A program made the position numbers and the translations under genes. DNA of 64,000 bases from contig NC_042999.1 of NCBI RefSeq assembly GCF_006345805.1, positions 97,774,001 through 97,838,000 on the forward strand. The letters are read 5' to 3'. The DNA comes from Octopus sinensis. Its lineage: Eukaryota. Of the stretch, positions 25,642 through 39,399 are shown piece by piece. The number at the start of each line of letters is the position of its first letter. Position 1 is the stretch's first letter. The notes under the pieces were generated by a model. That model worked only from the letters and a program-made list of their open reading frames with translations, did not search any database and was not told where the DNA came from.

Positions 25642-27858
25642 CAGATAGAGGGGAAGAGAGGGAGGGAAGGGGGAGAGAGAGCTATTTCGTCACATGATAG
25701 TGGGATCATGAGTTAACTTTCTGGTTCGAACAGCCGGTTGTCCCTGATCAAGGCACTTTGTTCTGCGTTCCTCCAACCTACATAACTGAAAATATGTAGC
25801 ATTCAACTGCTGTTACAGCTTTCTGTCCCACCGGACATCGAATCCTAAACATTGTACTGAGTCAAGTGTGGGAGAGCCGACAGAGTATCTATGTCTCCTT
25901 GCAAATACACAGTCATTTAAGACGAAAGCATGATACATGCTACTAAGTCATCCCCGTTTCCTAATATCGACCGTATATGTATTGCGCCATTAAAGACAGT
26001 GAATTGGATTTTCTTTTTACTTACCGAGTCAGGAAAAAAGATTTTTTTAGGTAACTCGAGAGCAGGGATGGTGTTAATGTTCAATTTGAATTGTTACAGC
26101 TCATCACCTGCAAGAAAGCTATGTGTCGGAGAAAATCATAGAGAGCCGTTGTTCTGGTGATGAAGGATTAGGCACAGCGCTTAGTGCGGATAAAGTTGGG
26201 TTGGACGCATCAAATGTGATGAGAAGTGAAGAGATGGGGTGATCGGGGTACTTAAGTGGTGGAGGTACGAGACCAGCCTGTTCTGGAAAGCAGAAGAACA
26301 AAAAAACGCCATGGAAGCCCATGAGCTGTGACAAGTAACACAAATCGCCCGCAGACGGCGGAAGACTTTGGGGATCGGGAAGTGTGTACCAAGTGGGTAC
26401 CGCAGCAATTTGTATTCGGTTTGAAGGAGAGAAGAGTGGCGTGCGGGACAACAGTTAACGAAAAAGACAACAAAAAGCGTGAAAATTCCCTCATCAGCAG
26501 CGCTATAATCCAGAATCATAACGGTTTCGACGCTGGAAAATACAGAACTGTTCATCTGGAGAGGTCCAATGGTTATAAATATCACTGACTAAGAGGACTT
26601 AACTGTATGAATTCCTACGAGTTAAATTATGGAAGCTGACGACATAATTTAACTCATGGGAACTATAGACAAATAAAGTATTGTGACTCAAGAAAAAAAC
26701 TATTTCCCCTTAGGGCGAAGTTGTGTGACCAATGTAATTTGGTGGAGATATATGTGGCATGGTATGTAGGATTTTTTTTATCAATTACTTTTAACCTAAA
26801 GGTTGATTTAAAATTTCATACATGCGTCATTAAATTCCGCAGCAATAGTGTAAATAGAAACAAAAAATCTTTAAAATATAGTTTAAATAATGAAAGAAAA
26901 CAATCGGTAAAATCAACAGCAGTATTGCCAATAAACAAAAAGAAATTAAATAAAACCTGAAACCAAAAAAGTCAATAGTGCCTTGAAACCAATACTTCAT
27001 TATAATTTATCAAGTGTTTGTTTCGATATATTAGCAAAAAAGGAAAAAGAAACTGTTTTGATACATGCTAGGATTTACCGCTCCATTAAAAATGGAATCT
27101 TCTTTCAAAGTAGACAAACTTAATTTAAAACTAAAAATACATCACAGCAGACATTGATTTATATGGTATATCATATATACCATAACTGGTAAAATATAAT
27201 ACATACTGAACATCAATATATTTTGGTAAAAGTTATATATATTCGTGAACTTGTGCATATTGTATTTCAGCTAGTCATACGAAGCAAACTTTATGGCTGT
27301 TTTCCAGATTATCTAAAATTTTGTGTGTGTGTGTGTGTGTGATGAGAGAAACACAGTTTTTAACAATCTATTTTAAATAACGTTCAAAATCACTTTAATT
27401 ATATCTCAGGGTGGGGGCAAATTACAAGATAAGGAGAAATCATGAAAGAGAGAAGAGTGACAGAAAAAATACAATGCGAGAATAAGGAAAAAAGGGACGT
27501 GGGGAGGCCGCAAAGCAAGAAAAGCATAATTTTACCTTACATTTATAATATATACATACATACAGACAGACAGACAAACAGACAGACAGGCAGGCAAGCA
27601 GGAAGGCAGACAGACAGACAGATAGATAGAGATAGATAGATAGATAGATAGATAGATGATAGACAGATAGATAGATAGACATATACATGCATACATACAT
27701 ACATACATACATACGTACATACATACATACATACATACATACATACATACATACATACATACATACATACATACATGGTACATTTTTATATGTATACACA
27801 CCATAAACACACATGTGTGTGTGCATGTGTGCGTGCGTATTTATGTGTGTATATATAA

Positions 27859-29275
27859 TTGTTTGATATATCGATGAGATCGTGTGGTAGTGCAGGCATC
27901 AGTGAACTTGTATGTCTCTATATATTAGATACTCTGAGATCCAAGTTCCAAATCTACGACAATGACGATAGTTTGGAAATATCACACGACTGTGATGGAC
28001 ATATACTCGATAACTTTAGGGAAAAATTCATGAATACCTTTAAACTGTTAGGCTTCAAAGTTACTGGATATACTAATCTGTCCAAAATTGATTTCTTAGA
28101 TATTTCCCCAGACAGACTTAAACTCATACTCATAAACAGAATGAGAAACTCACATATACACATAAACAGTCCTGTCACCTACCCACCCCATAGTGTTAAA
28201 AAAACCTGATAGTCAACATCAGTAATAGAACATTTAAGGCAACACTTTCTAACAATGTCCGAGATAACAGCGGCTTCAATCATAAAGTATCATATAACCC
28301 TTATGTTAAAAATATGAAGCCAAAAATGGCCTAACAATAGACCCAGGAAAATAATGTGGTTCACCCCCACTTTCTCTTTAAATGTCAAAACTAACACAGG
28401 CAAGAAATTTCTGGTATTAACATTTCCCAGTAAAACACAAATACAAAAAAATTTAATTGACAAGGAAGATCATTATCCCTCGCAAGTCACACAAAGAGCC
28501 CACTCACATTTGTAACTTCTGAGACCCTGAAGCTTGCCCGTTCCGTCAGGTGTATTTGATAAACGCAGTTGTTTATGAAACCGAAGACACAGTAGTGCTT
28601 CAAGATAATGTAATCGATTAGAAAAATTACGTCAGTCTAAGCGAAGGCAATTTTAAAAGTCGTTATGCAAACCATCAGTTTTCTCTCCGTGGCTAGAAAT
28701 GTATGGGGTCTAACGACTAACTGCACACCACATACATTCAAGTGGAAAATCATGGAAAAATCTATGCCGTATATAAATGAATTAAGCAGATGCAAGTTAT
28801 GTGTAGCTGAAATATCACACATTCTTTTTATATCCAAGAATTCCAACACGCTACTTAATTCCAGATCCAAAACTAATAGCAAATACAAACATATGGATAA
28901 ATATATGGATAAACTGGAGGATGCCACCCTCTCTAGATTGAGTTGCTATCTCACAGACTTTGGCTTCCTCTCTGATCTATTATTCTTCACCAGCTAGATT
29001 AGTTATGATTTCCACAGACAAAGGACACATAGATCTTGCTTTTCTTACTTTTCTTTTATTTCTTCTCATTCAGCATTTTGCTTCAACCTTCACGTTTTAT
29101 TTCTCGTTTTTTTTCTCTCATGTTTTCTCATAGACCAGCGCCCTGGTTTTCAAATAGGTCTAAAGGTATGCATTAAGCCTGAAGGGTTGCTTGAAGACAC
29201 ATGGCGTGCTATACAAGAATGCCAAGTTACTGTATCTTTATGACTTGAAACTATTAGTAGCCCTTTTTAAAATTC
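27859..29275 (+). mobile_element. Decayed Penelope-like element (Neptune-type), RT to GIY-YIG plus 3' region
   Basis: FDISMRSCGSAGISELVCLYIL (equivalent to FDVTMGS.DGAE.CELVG), IDFLDIS, IMWFTPTFSLNVKTNTGKKFL, FKSRYANHQFS, WKIMEKSMPY...RCKLCVAE...LLNSRS. Confidence 0.82.
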
Positions 29276-29344
29276 TGTGTATATTATATGATACTATCAT
29301 GGGCTAGTAAACTATATATAAAGACATAAGTATGTATGTATGTA

Positions 29345-29387
<43 letters not shown>

Positions 29388-30145
29388 TTATGTACGTATG
29401 TATGCACGTATGTATGTATGTATGTACTATACGTACGTCTATGTATATAAGTCATACGTACGTATGTATGTACGTAAGTTCGTATATACATATGTATGTA
29501 TGTATGTATGTATTATGTATGTATGTAATGTATGTATGTATGTATGTATGCATATATATATATATAGATATATATATATATAATAATATATAATATGTAT
29601 TATGTACGTATGTATGCCACGTATGTATGTAATGTACGTACGTACGTACGTACGTATATGTATATAAGTCATACGTACTATGTATGTACGTAAGTTCGTA
29701 TATATATATGTATGTATGTAGGTATGTAATGTATGTATGTATGTATGTATGTATGTAATGTATGTATGTATGTATGTAATGTATGTATGTATGTATGTAT
29801 GCATGTATGTAATGTATGTAGTAATGTATGTATGTATGTATGTATGTATGTATGTATGTACGTATGTATGTGTGAAGATGTGTGTAAAAACATATAGCGA
29901 GCGTGGAGGAGTAGAGAAAATGAAAACAAAGAGTTCTACTATTTATTATTTTATCAACGTAAATCTCGATACTTAAATGAAATATTTAAATGTCTGACCT
30001 GGAAGGACGACGACTTAGACAGTAAATTATGCGAGGAATTTAAATGGATGAACTCTTTCTCAGTAGATTCTGATTTTGATGTAAACTAAACTTAAAAGCA
30101 TAAAAACTTAAATATTACAAAATTACATAAATTAACCATTGTATA

Positions 30146-30703
30146 CAATGTCTGATCAAAGGGTATCGTGACTGTTGCTGTCGTAACGGAACTAAAGTAC
30201 GCAGAGTAAAGCTGCTTGGCATAGATTGACTTTGAACTCTGTCGCGCATGCACACTAAGTTATAACGTTCTCGCTCACTTCCGTTGTTTGTAACAGTGCT
30301 TGGAAATAAAGTAAAGTGTGCTCGTTTCAAACAGATCGGGTTTCAGCTGCACAGGATTTTGTACAGAAAGATGTCGAGAAAGATGAAAACTTTTACAAAA
30401 TGGTCATAACAGGTGCTGAAGCGTGGATCTATAGCTATGGTTCCGAAAACAAGGCTCAGGGTTCGCAGCGAAAAATCCCAGCAAAATTTCAAGGCGTGGA
30501 GGAAATCCATGAGAATGCAACGTGGCAGCTGCTCACTATCCCCAAAAAAGGCGTTCCAGAAAGCTTCCACCAATGCAAACGACACTGGATAAATTGAGTA
30601 GCTTCCAAATGGGACTACTTCGAAAGAAATTAAATGCCGAAATGATAAGTGTTGTAGTTTTCTTTTCATAGCATCAGTTCCAATACTTTTTGGTCAAACC
30701 TCC
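30146..30703 (+). mobile_element. Internally deleted mariner
   Basis: DENFYKMVITGAEAWIYSYGSENKAQ (equivalent to ITGDETW.Y.YDPE) and C-terminal FQGVEEIHEN...WDYFE; imperfect TIRs CAATGTCTGATCAAA / TTTGGTCAAACCTCC bounded by TA. Confidence 0.8.
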
Positions 30704-30811
30704 TAGCACTGCTATTGCAACAACTTGAATTTCGTATAATTTAAATATTCTGTCATGTTTCTTAACCTTAATATAATGTTTTTGTGGTCCATCTTTGGAG
30801 AAATGACTACA

Positions 30812-31246
30812 TTTCAATCTACTATAGGTACAAGGCCTGGAATTTTCGGAAAGAGACTAGTCAATTATATCGAACCCAGTGCTCAAATGGTACTTTATTT
30901 TATCGAGCCCCAAAAAATGGCAGGCAAAAGTTGACGTCAGAGACAGAAGACACAGCCGGAATAAATGCCGCCAAACATTTTGTCCGGCTTGCTACAGATT
31001 CTTCCAGCTCGTCACCTTCGGATATGACTATTTTAATGTTATATTAATCGTTATCATGCCGGACAAAATGCTTAGCAGCATTTCTTATGACTCATTACGT
31101 TCTTAGCTTAAATCCGGGCGAGGTCGATTTTATCAATCATCCTTTCGGGGTCAATAAAATAAGTACCTTTTGGGCACTGGGGGTGATGTAATTGACTAGC
31201 CCCTCCACCAAAGTTTCAGGCCTTGTGTCTATAGTAGAAAGAATTA
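30812..31246. mobile_element. Head-to-head pair of diverged SINE family A copies
   Basis: Minus copy about 30812-31018 and plus copy about 31045-31246 (CCGGACAAAATGCTTAGC...CCTTTCGGGGTCAATAAAATAAGTACC). Confidence 0.75.
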
Positions 31247-32062
31247 ATGTAAACTTATTATTTCTGCTTACCACTTAAATTTTAAAGTAGACAGCGTACA
31301 CAACAAAATGTTTCCTACCTCAAAGATCCGGATTATATTTAATGGGGGTCGTTATCATTACAGTGTTTGTATTACATCCGTAATAGTCTAATTTATCCAA
31401 CTAGTTTTATTTATGAGCAAAATAATAATTAAGCTCATTTATTATGCGATGAGTTTAATGCATCGAAACAAATAAAATGGCGGATCAATTTATAAGCGAC
31501 CGGCAAAAATGTAGTTAAGTCATTTACCGTTGTCATTCAGTTTGGTTACTGGGATCCATTTAATCTAAACTACGTCGGATATCGGAGGTTTTCCGAGTAC
31601 TGAATCAACAATAAACACATTCGTTCATGAAAGTTGAAGGTAGTATAGCACTGCAGTGAAGCATTTAGCGTGGAGATTGCACCATATGCTACTCTTGCAA
31701 CTAGGTTAATCTTCTTTCATTTTATGTGCATTCCCCACATATTGCACTCCCCAGTCATTATTATACGCATAATTGTCACTCCCAAGCCACTATTATACAT
31801 ATAATTTACACTCCCCTTGAATTATTTGCACATCCCCCAGATACAATAATACATACAATATATATACTCCCCTTGAAATGTAACTTTTGCTCCAATCATT
31901 GTTGCAAATGTTGTATGCAGAAGCTAACTTTATTAATTTCTGATAAATTAAGAGGGACGCCATGGAGTAGTTTTATTGATAAAAATATTTAATCGTAAAA
32001 AAAGTAAACGGAAAATATGCAAAATGCAATAAACGAATTTTGTTCAACCACTAAATATGGCA

Positions 32063-32143
<81 letters not shown>

Positions 32144-32672
32144 ATAATAATAATAATAATAATATAGTTGGTTGCTTTGTGTTAGGCTGCTTTCCTTGAC
32201 TACGCTTCAATGATTTAGGAAACTCCAACAACACCCACATTTGAAAACACTCTATGAGATGCCGTTTCAACTTACCATTTTTCATATCGTGTTATTGGAT
32301 TACTTTTTTTCTGTCAGAAATTCGATGGTATTCGCAATTGCATAGAGACTGCAGTTATAACTATTCAATTGCTAATCACAATGTGTAAAATAAACTTGGG
32401 GATTGCCACTTTTGTCAAGATATGTATAGTGAGTTTGCAACCGGTTTTGCGCAGATTAAGTTAATTTGGACGATACTAGACAATCTGCTGACTTCATCTA
32501 CATTTTTACCGTTGGAAAGGTGAAGTACAGGTTAAGATAGTTATAAAAAAAAAAGTCTACGCATTGTTATAGCCAGATGAATCGAACCTACCTAACCCGT
32601 GATGTCTGTAATAACAAATGTTGTGTTCACCGCATGTATTTATCAGTCAACCACCTTATTAATATATGTATA

Positions 32673-32798
<126 letters not shown>

Positions 32799-32881
32799 AT
32801 ATACGGAGAGAGAGAGAGTGAAACATTAATATTCTTTCTAAATCTTTCAACGAGAGACATTCAGTAACAGTACTCTAAAGA

Positions 32882-33247
32882 AAAGATTATTTGCCAACAT
32901 AATGTGGAAGTCCCGGTTGCAACGAATGTTACAATTATTTGATGTCTCTATTATTAGATCAGAAACTGTATGTCACTTTGTAAATTATATATATTTTCGA
33001 ACAAGGGTTTGGCAGTGCCATCTCTAGCCGAGCGGTTATTCTGTGCCGAGGAAGCGAAATAACCCAAAAACCGCAGTCCAGAGATATTGCTTTGTGCTGA
33101 GTGGGTTTGCTGAACTCCCCTGTTCGAAAATATAAGGACACAGATAGTGTGTCGTATAGCTAGCTGGAGATGATGCTTCCTGGGGCTAAATAACAGTAAC
33201 ATTCGCCCCAACTGGAACTACCACATTATGTTGGCATATAATCTTTA
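32882..33247. mobile_element. MITE with about 38-bp TIRs
   Basis: AAAGATTATTTGCCAACATAATGTGGAAGTCCCGGTTG versus the reverse complement of the right end, AAAGATTATATGCCAACATAATGTGGTAGTTCCAGTTG. Confidence 0.8.
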
Positions 33248-33449
33248 CTATATATATATATATAATATAATAATATAATATAATATAATATAATATAATA
33301 TAATATAAATTGATGAGGTAAGGCAGATAGAAGAGATATAAGACTTAAGGTAGAAATAAGAGATATATCTCTACATCTCTTATTTCTACATAATCTCTAT
33401 ATATCTATAATATATATAATATATATATATATAATATATATATATATTC

Positions 33450-33790
33450 TTTTATTCTTTTAGTTGTTTCAGTCATTTGACTGTGGTCATGCTGGAGCAC
33501 TGTTTTTAGTTGAACAAATCGACCGCAGGACTTATTCTTTGTAAGACTAGTACTTATTCTATCGGTCTATTTTTACCGAACCACTGACGGGGACGTAAAC
33601 ACACCAACACCGATTGTCAAGCGATGGTGGAGCGACAAACACAGATAGAAATAACAAATTCATCCAAGGCTTGGGTCAGCCCGAGGCTATAGCAGAAGAC
33701 ACTTGCCCCAGGTGCTACGCAGTGGGACTGAACACTAACCATGTCGTTGGGAAGGAAGCTTCTTACCACACAGTCCATTCCTGCGCCTAT
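33450..33790 (-). mobile_element. SINE family B copy
   Basis: Colinear with 48463-48865 (TTTCAGTCATTTGACTG...GAAGACACTTGCCC...CTTACCACACAG...CCTGCGCCT). Confidence 0.85.
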
Positions 33791-33998
33791 ATATATATGT
33801 ATATATATAGATATATATATATATATATTATATATATATATATATATTATATATATACTGATGAGCAAATAAGTGCAAAACAAGGTGGAAAAAATAGTAC
33901 TCAAATACCAAAGATAGAGTAATATACTTTTTTATTAAGGCCGCATAATTATCACAGGCCTGTTACTCAGAGTTTCACATTCCCGTTTGTTGTGATGA

Positions 33999-34055
<57 letters not shown>

Positions 34056-34880
34056 TAATATATATATATCCTCCCCCATCGAAAAAAATTTGCGTATTAA
34101 GCTATGAAGAAAATTTTATCGCATTTCTTGCATTCTATTAGAACGCATACGTTAGCCAATCAGCAACATTGTCACATGTGTTCCATGAGTCCAATAAAGA
34201 AATTTACCAATCAAGATTGTTGTATTATGTGTTGGCATTATGTAATGTCATCCTAAAGCAGAAAACAATTTCATTGCATTAAATAAGGACAACTGGAAAC
34301 AATAAGTCAATTTCGCAACAAAATTGGTGAAATTTGACTGCAAAAAAGAGTGAAATTATTGTCGAGACAAAGCTTGGAATTAATGTTCGTAATGTAGATT
34401 GCGTTATCGCGCCACAACCTGAAAAATACACACACACACACAGAGTCTACAGTGAATATAATTTGTATAAGTAATATTACAGAATTCTATTCCATTGCGT
34501 TTACACATTTGCATTGTGAAAGTTCAAAAGAAAAAAGGGTAATATATACCGTGTTCGCCGAGGCATCTTATCTACAGATGACATCTTGGTTTTCAGTGAC
34601 ATAAAACGACAATCATGACTGGTCAATTGCTTTAATTGGAGTTGGGGTTATCGAGCTCCTGTCACTATGTTGCTGATTGGCTAAACTTCTACTAGAATAC
34701 GGAAAGCAAGAAATGATAGAAAAGGTTAGGTTTTTACATATTAATGAGCTGCTTTTATCGATGGGGAGAATCAGTTTTCAGATAAGTATAATATTATTGC
34801 AGCATGAAAAACTGAAAATAAGCAGGCATGTTGCACGGTCTCCGCAATTTCGTACATACATGTGTGTGTGTGTGTGTGTG

Positions 34881-34913
<33 letters not shown>

Positions 34914-35060
34914 TGCGCGCGCGCATGTGTGTTTAGTATGATTGTATGTCATTATTCAGTTTTATTTCAAGATTTATTTCCAATAGAGAAAGAGCCGGTT
35001 TCTAACCTAGATCCATGGCTCTTTCATTGGAATTTCAACATCAACAACAGGCTATGTATG

Positions 35061-35115
<55 letters not shown>

Positions 35116-35215
35116 TGTATGTATGTATGCATGCATGTATGTATGTATGCATGTAAGTATGTATGTATGTATGTATGTATGTATGTATGTATGTATGTAT
35201 GTATGCATGAATGTA

Positions 35216-36442
35216 TTAAGTTGTCACATATGAAGTGTCACATTTTTAATTACTTGTTATTTCAGGCATTTAAAAACTCAATTTTGTATACCCTTGCATT
35301 TAATTTTGACTCTTTTTTCTTTCCAAACAATATTGAAATACAAAATTCGTACCCACAGACCTTATGAAAATGATAACAACGAAACAATGATGAGTGGTTT
35401 TCTTGTATGCGTACAAACAAGGTCACTCTGCTGCAGAAGCTCTACGGAATATCAAGCGGGCCTTTGGTAATGGTTTTGTTGACATCAGAACTGTCCAGAG
35501 ATGGTTCCAAAGATATCGTTCAGGAGATGATTGCCTTGAAAATGAACCAAGGGGGAGGCCAAAATCAGTTACGCAGCATGATGGATTAAACGTTTTGGTT
35601 GAACAAAATCTGAGAACAACGGTCCGAAAACTTTCATCAGAGCTCTAAACATCTCGCACAACTGTTTCTCGACACCTGGAAAAATTGGAAAAGTCAAGAA
35701 AATGGATAGATTTGTTTCACATGAACTGAACGAGATTCAAACAAGCAAGCGCCTCGAAGTGTGCTCCTTACTGCTTTCTCAACTGGAAAAGAACCATTTT
35801 TGCATCGAATAAATACATGTGATGAAAAATGGATACTCTTTGACAACAGCAGGCGAACAGGACAGTGATTGGATGCAGAAACGTCTTCTAAACTCTGCCC
35901 AAAACCACCATTTCGCCCTAAACAGTTAGTGGTCACTGTGTGGTGATCTGCGAAGGGTGTTATTCATTATTCATTTTTGCAACAAGGAAAAACGGTAACA
36001 GCAACATCATATTGCCTGAAAATTGATTGTATGCATGAGAATTTGAAAAAGAAGCAAACTAGATTAATGAATAGAGATGGCCCAATTTTGCTCCACGACA
36101 ATGCACGGCCTAACACTTCTCAAGCTCCGGTCCAAAAGTTGCAATATCTTCCCTATTCTCCTGATATCTCTCCTACTGATTATCACTTATTTAAGCATTT
36201 GGAGCTTTTCATATGCAATAAAACATTCTTAAATAGAGAAAAGGTAATTGAAGCATTCGGACAGTTCGTCACAGCAAAAGATGAAATTTTTTTTAAGATG
36301 GTATACATAACTCAGGGAAACGTTGGGCAAAGGTCATAACTGAACATGGATTATACTTTGATTAAATAAATCAGTTCTCTAACACTTCTGAAACATTTCA
36401 TTGTTACTTTTCAAATTCGACAATTCATGAGTGACAACCTAG
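35216..36442 (+). mobile_element. Near full-length decayed mariner (Hsmar1/cecropia-like); transposase pseudogene about 35365-36365
   Basis: FLYAYKQGHSAAEALRNIKRAFG...RTVQRWFQRYRSGD, TCDEKWILFDN, LLHDNARP, YSPDISPTDYHLF. TIRs TTAAGTTGTCACATATGAAGTGTC / GACAATTCATGAGTGACAACCTAG, TA TSD; multiple stops and frameshifts. Confidence 0.93.
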
Positions 36443-36589
36443 TATGTTTGGATGTATGTATGTATGTATGTATGTATGTATGTATGTATGTATGTATGCA
36501 TGTATGTATGTATGTATGTATGTATGTATGTACGTACGTACGTATGTATGTATCTATGTATGTATGTATGTATGTATGTATACGTGCAG

Positions 36590-36975
36590 ATTTGTATTAT
36601 GTATGTCTTCTCATGCATATCCTTGCATATCTATACATGCCCTATACATACTTAAAGGATAGACTTCTGGGGAGTTTTACAGACTTTTACACTTCTAGTG
36701 ATGATTTGGATCTGTAGTCTTCAAATCAGCCTCCTTCTTTCTCGTTTTGAGAAACCTAATTTCACAAGATTGGTATTTAGGCAGTGCGTTACATATCCCA
36801 GTTACACAATAGTTAAAGGTATAAACCTGAACTTGTGATCTAGATAGAGTAACTGCAGATTTTTCAATAGTTCAGCGTAGGTATTCTCTTTTTCACTGAT
36901 CTTCAGCTTTATATTAACATCTGCTGGGCATCTGATTTCCACAACTGCTCTCAGTTTCTCTTCTCTATACTAAAT
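36590..36975 (-). mobile_element. RLE-type non-LTR retrotransposon 3' end within (TATG)n
   Basis: [40 protein letters not shown]...FRFIPLTIV*LGYV (RLE E..CP...K...Y...IP...LG pattern); TATG repeats on both sides. Confidence 0.72.
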
Positions 36976-37243
36976 CATTATATCAGGTTTATCGAGTTTA
37001 CAATGTATGTATGTGTGTATGTATGTATGTATGTATGTATGGATGGATTGATGGATGGATGGATGGATGGGTGGATGGATGGATGGATGGGGAAAATTAT
37101 GATAAACACAAGATGCAGTTAATATCATTTTTTCCCTACCTATGTTTCACCATTGTGGGCATTTGCACCCGCTGCAATGGGTATTCCTTGTAAGTATTCC
37201 AAATGGATACTGAACCACAACAGTTCTTCCGAGTATAACTACG

Positions 37244-37284
<41 letters not shown>

Positions 37285-37781
37285 GCGTGCGTGCGCGCGT
37301 GTGTGTGTATCCGTGTGCGTGCGCGCACGCATATGTGTGTGTCTGTTAATGAGTTTTACAAAGGCAATCAAATAAAATAACTAACCAAATAAAATCAGGA
37401 CTTTATTTCTATTTAGTGCATATTCTACTGTTTAACTCATGGTACGCCTTGTTCCCAATTGAGGTTTACGATTTTACCAGAATTTGAAATGGTATTTCAT
37501 TTTCAGGTCATGCAAAATCCAAGATATCGGTGTCATTGAATGATTGTAACGGAATTAAGCTCTTGAAAATGTCGACAATGAAATAGACAGACTTAATACA
37601 AAATTTCATAGTATCGCGCTTTTGTACTATATGTGTAACGATATATATATATATATATATTATATAGACACACACACACAGACACATATATATATATATA
37701 TATATATAATATATATATATATATATACACGTATATATATACATTTATATATATACATATATATACATATATATGTGTATG

Positions 37782-37841
<60 letters not shown>

Positions 37842-38329
37842 TATATATATATTATATATATATATATATTATATATATATATATACACGTATATATATAC
37901 ATTTATATATATACATATATATGTGTATGTATATATATATATATTTGTTCGTTTTCTTGTAGACAGAGGAGTGTATATATAATATGCTCGGTGGGAAATA
38001 GATATTAAGCGTATAATCATGACGAAGGAGTGCTTATTATAAACATAATGACAAATGGGGAGTGCAATATCCAGGGGAGTACAAATTATACGCAACAGCA
38101 GCATTGTTCGTCTTATGTACAAATGGCATATCATTAAAAACATCGTGTGAACTAAGGAAAATGATTGACTACGACTCCTAGTCTTTTGGGTTTCTACACA
38201 TACATACACACACACTCTCCGCACATGCACATATACCTTCATACATATAAACATCAACATGCGTATATACTTAAAAAGGCTCAGCCAAAAGGAATTAACC
38301 ATGTGCTTGTGTGTCTCTCATATACATGC

Positions 38330-38413
<84 letters not shown>

Positions 38414-39399
38414 GTATGTATAGATAGATATACGCATACATTTATAGACATTCACATATACATATTTATGTCTACGTTTGGATGTATGTATGTGCATGTA
38501 TTTAGATATGGTATATATCTATCTATATTTATATATATATATATATATATCTACCATATTTATATAGACGATTGCACACACGCACACACACATACACTCA
38601 CACATATATACATATGTATATACATATATTATATATTATTCATATTATATATTATTTAAAAGAGTTTGATTCGGTTCTATGCATCTTACAGTTTTGCGGG
38701 CCTCTAACAGAGGCCCGTCTCTTTCTTGCTTAGATTACCGAATATACATATATATATATATATATATATATTCGTTTAAGAGTCGACATTTTTACATAGA
38801 TTTTTAGGCTAAAAACTGCGAGACGGATATTAAATGGATACTACTTTAACTAGACGAAATTTAAGGTACAGTACTACGTACCATAAATCTAGCAAACCCA
38901 CAAATAATCTTTTTTAATGAATAAAGGAAATGAATAAACAATGACATGCAGTGATAATACCAATAAAAATATACATCTTACTAAATCAAAACATTCATCT
39001 TACTAAATAAATATGGGTCTTGTGGCTATTTAGAATATTTCTATTTAGAGGTTTACTCGTATCTATCATACTTGATCAACTGCACAAGCCCACGTCACTT
39101 TCATTACAGTACTGAAATCTTATTTTTAATTAGGTTCAATGCAGTTTAACGGTATAAATATTAAAACGAAAATGATAAAAAGGTGAACGAACATGAATTC
39201 ATAAGCTTAATTAATACATACAAGAGTGATGTAGCTATTTATTATGGCTTTAAATCACAATTACAGGGTAAATGTTAAACGTATCAAACAAAAATTCATT
39301 AAGATCTTGCAAAATCAACTTCAGAACTGAATAAACTTCCATAATCATTAGGGTGAATGATGTCACCGTACGGATCCTCTTCATTGCTGTCTATAATTA

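Noticed and set aside
33858-33992. CTGATGA-GCA...TGC-AAAAC on plus, and GAAA-CTC-T-GAG-TA on minus
   Set aside because: Each lacks essential core nucleotides (no G12 and a G at the cleavage site on plus; no CTGANGA on minus), so neither can be supported from this copy.
35365-36365. Domesticated SETMAR-like gene
   Set aside because: Stops, frameshifts, a deletion within the D34D interval and retained TIRs indicate a dead transposon; no SET domain.
37500-37590. Possible terminal exon (TTTTCAG|GTCATGCAAAATCC...TAG)
   Set aside because: Only a plausible acceptor and 26 codons with no recognisable homology.
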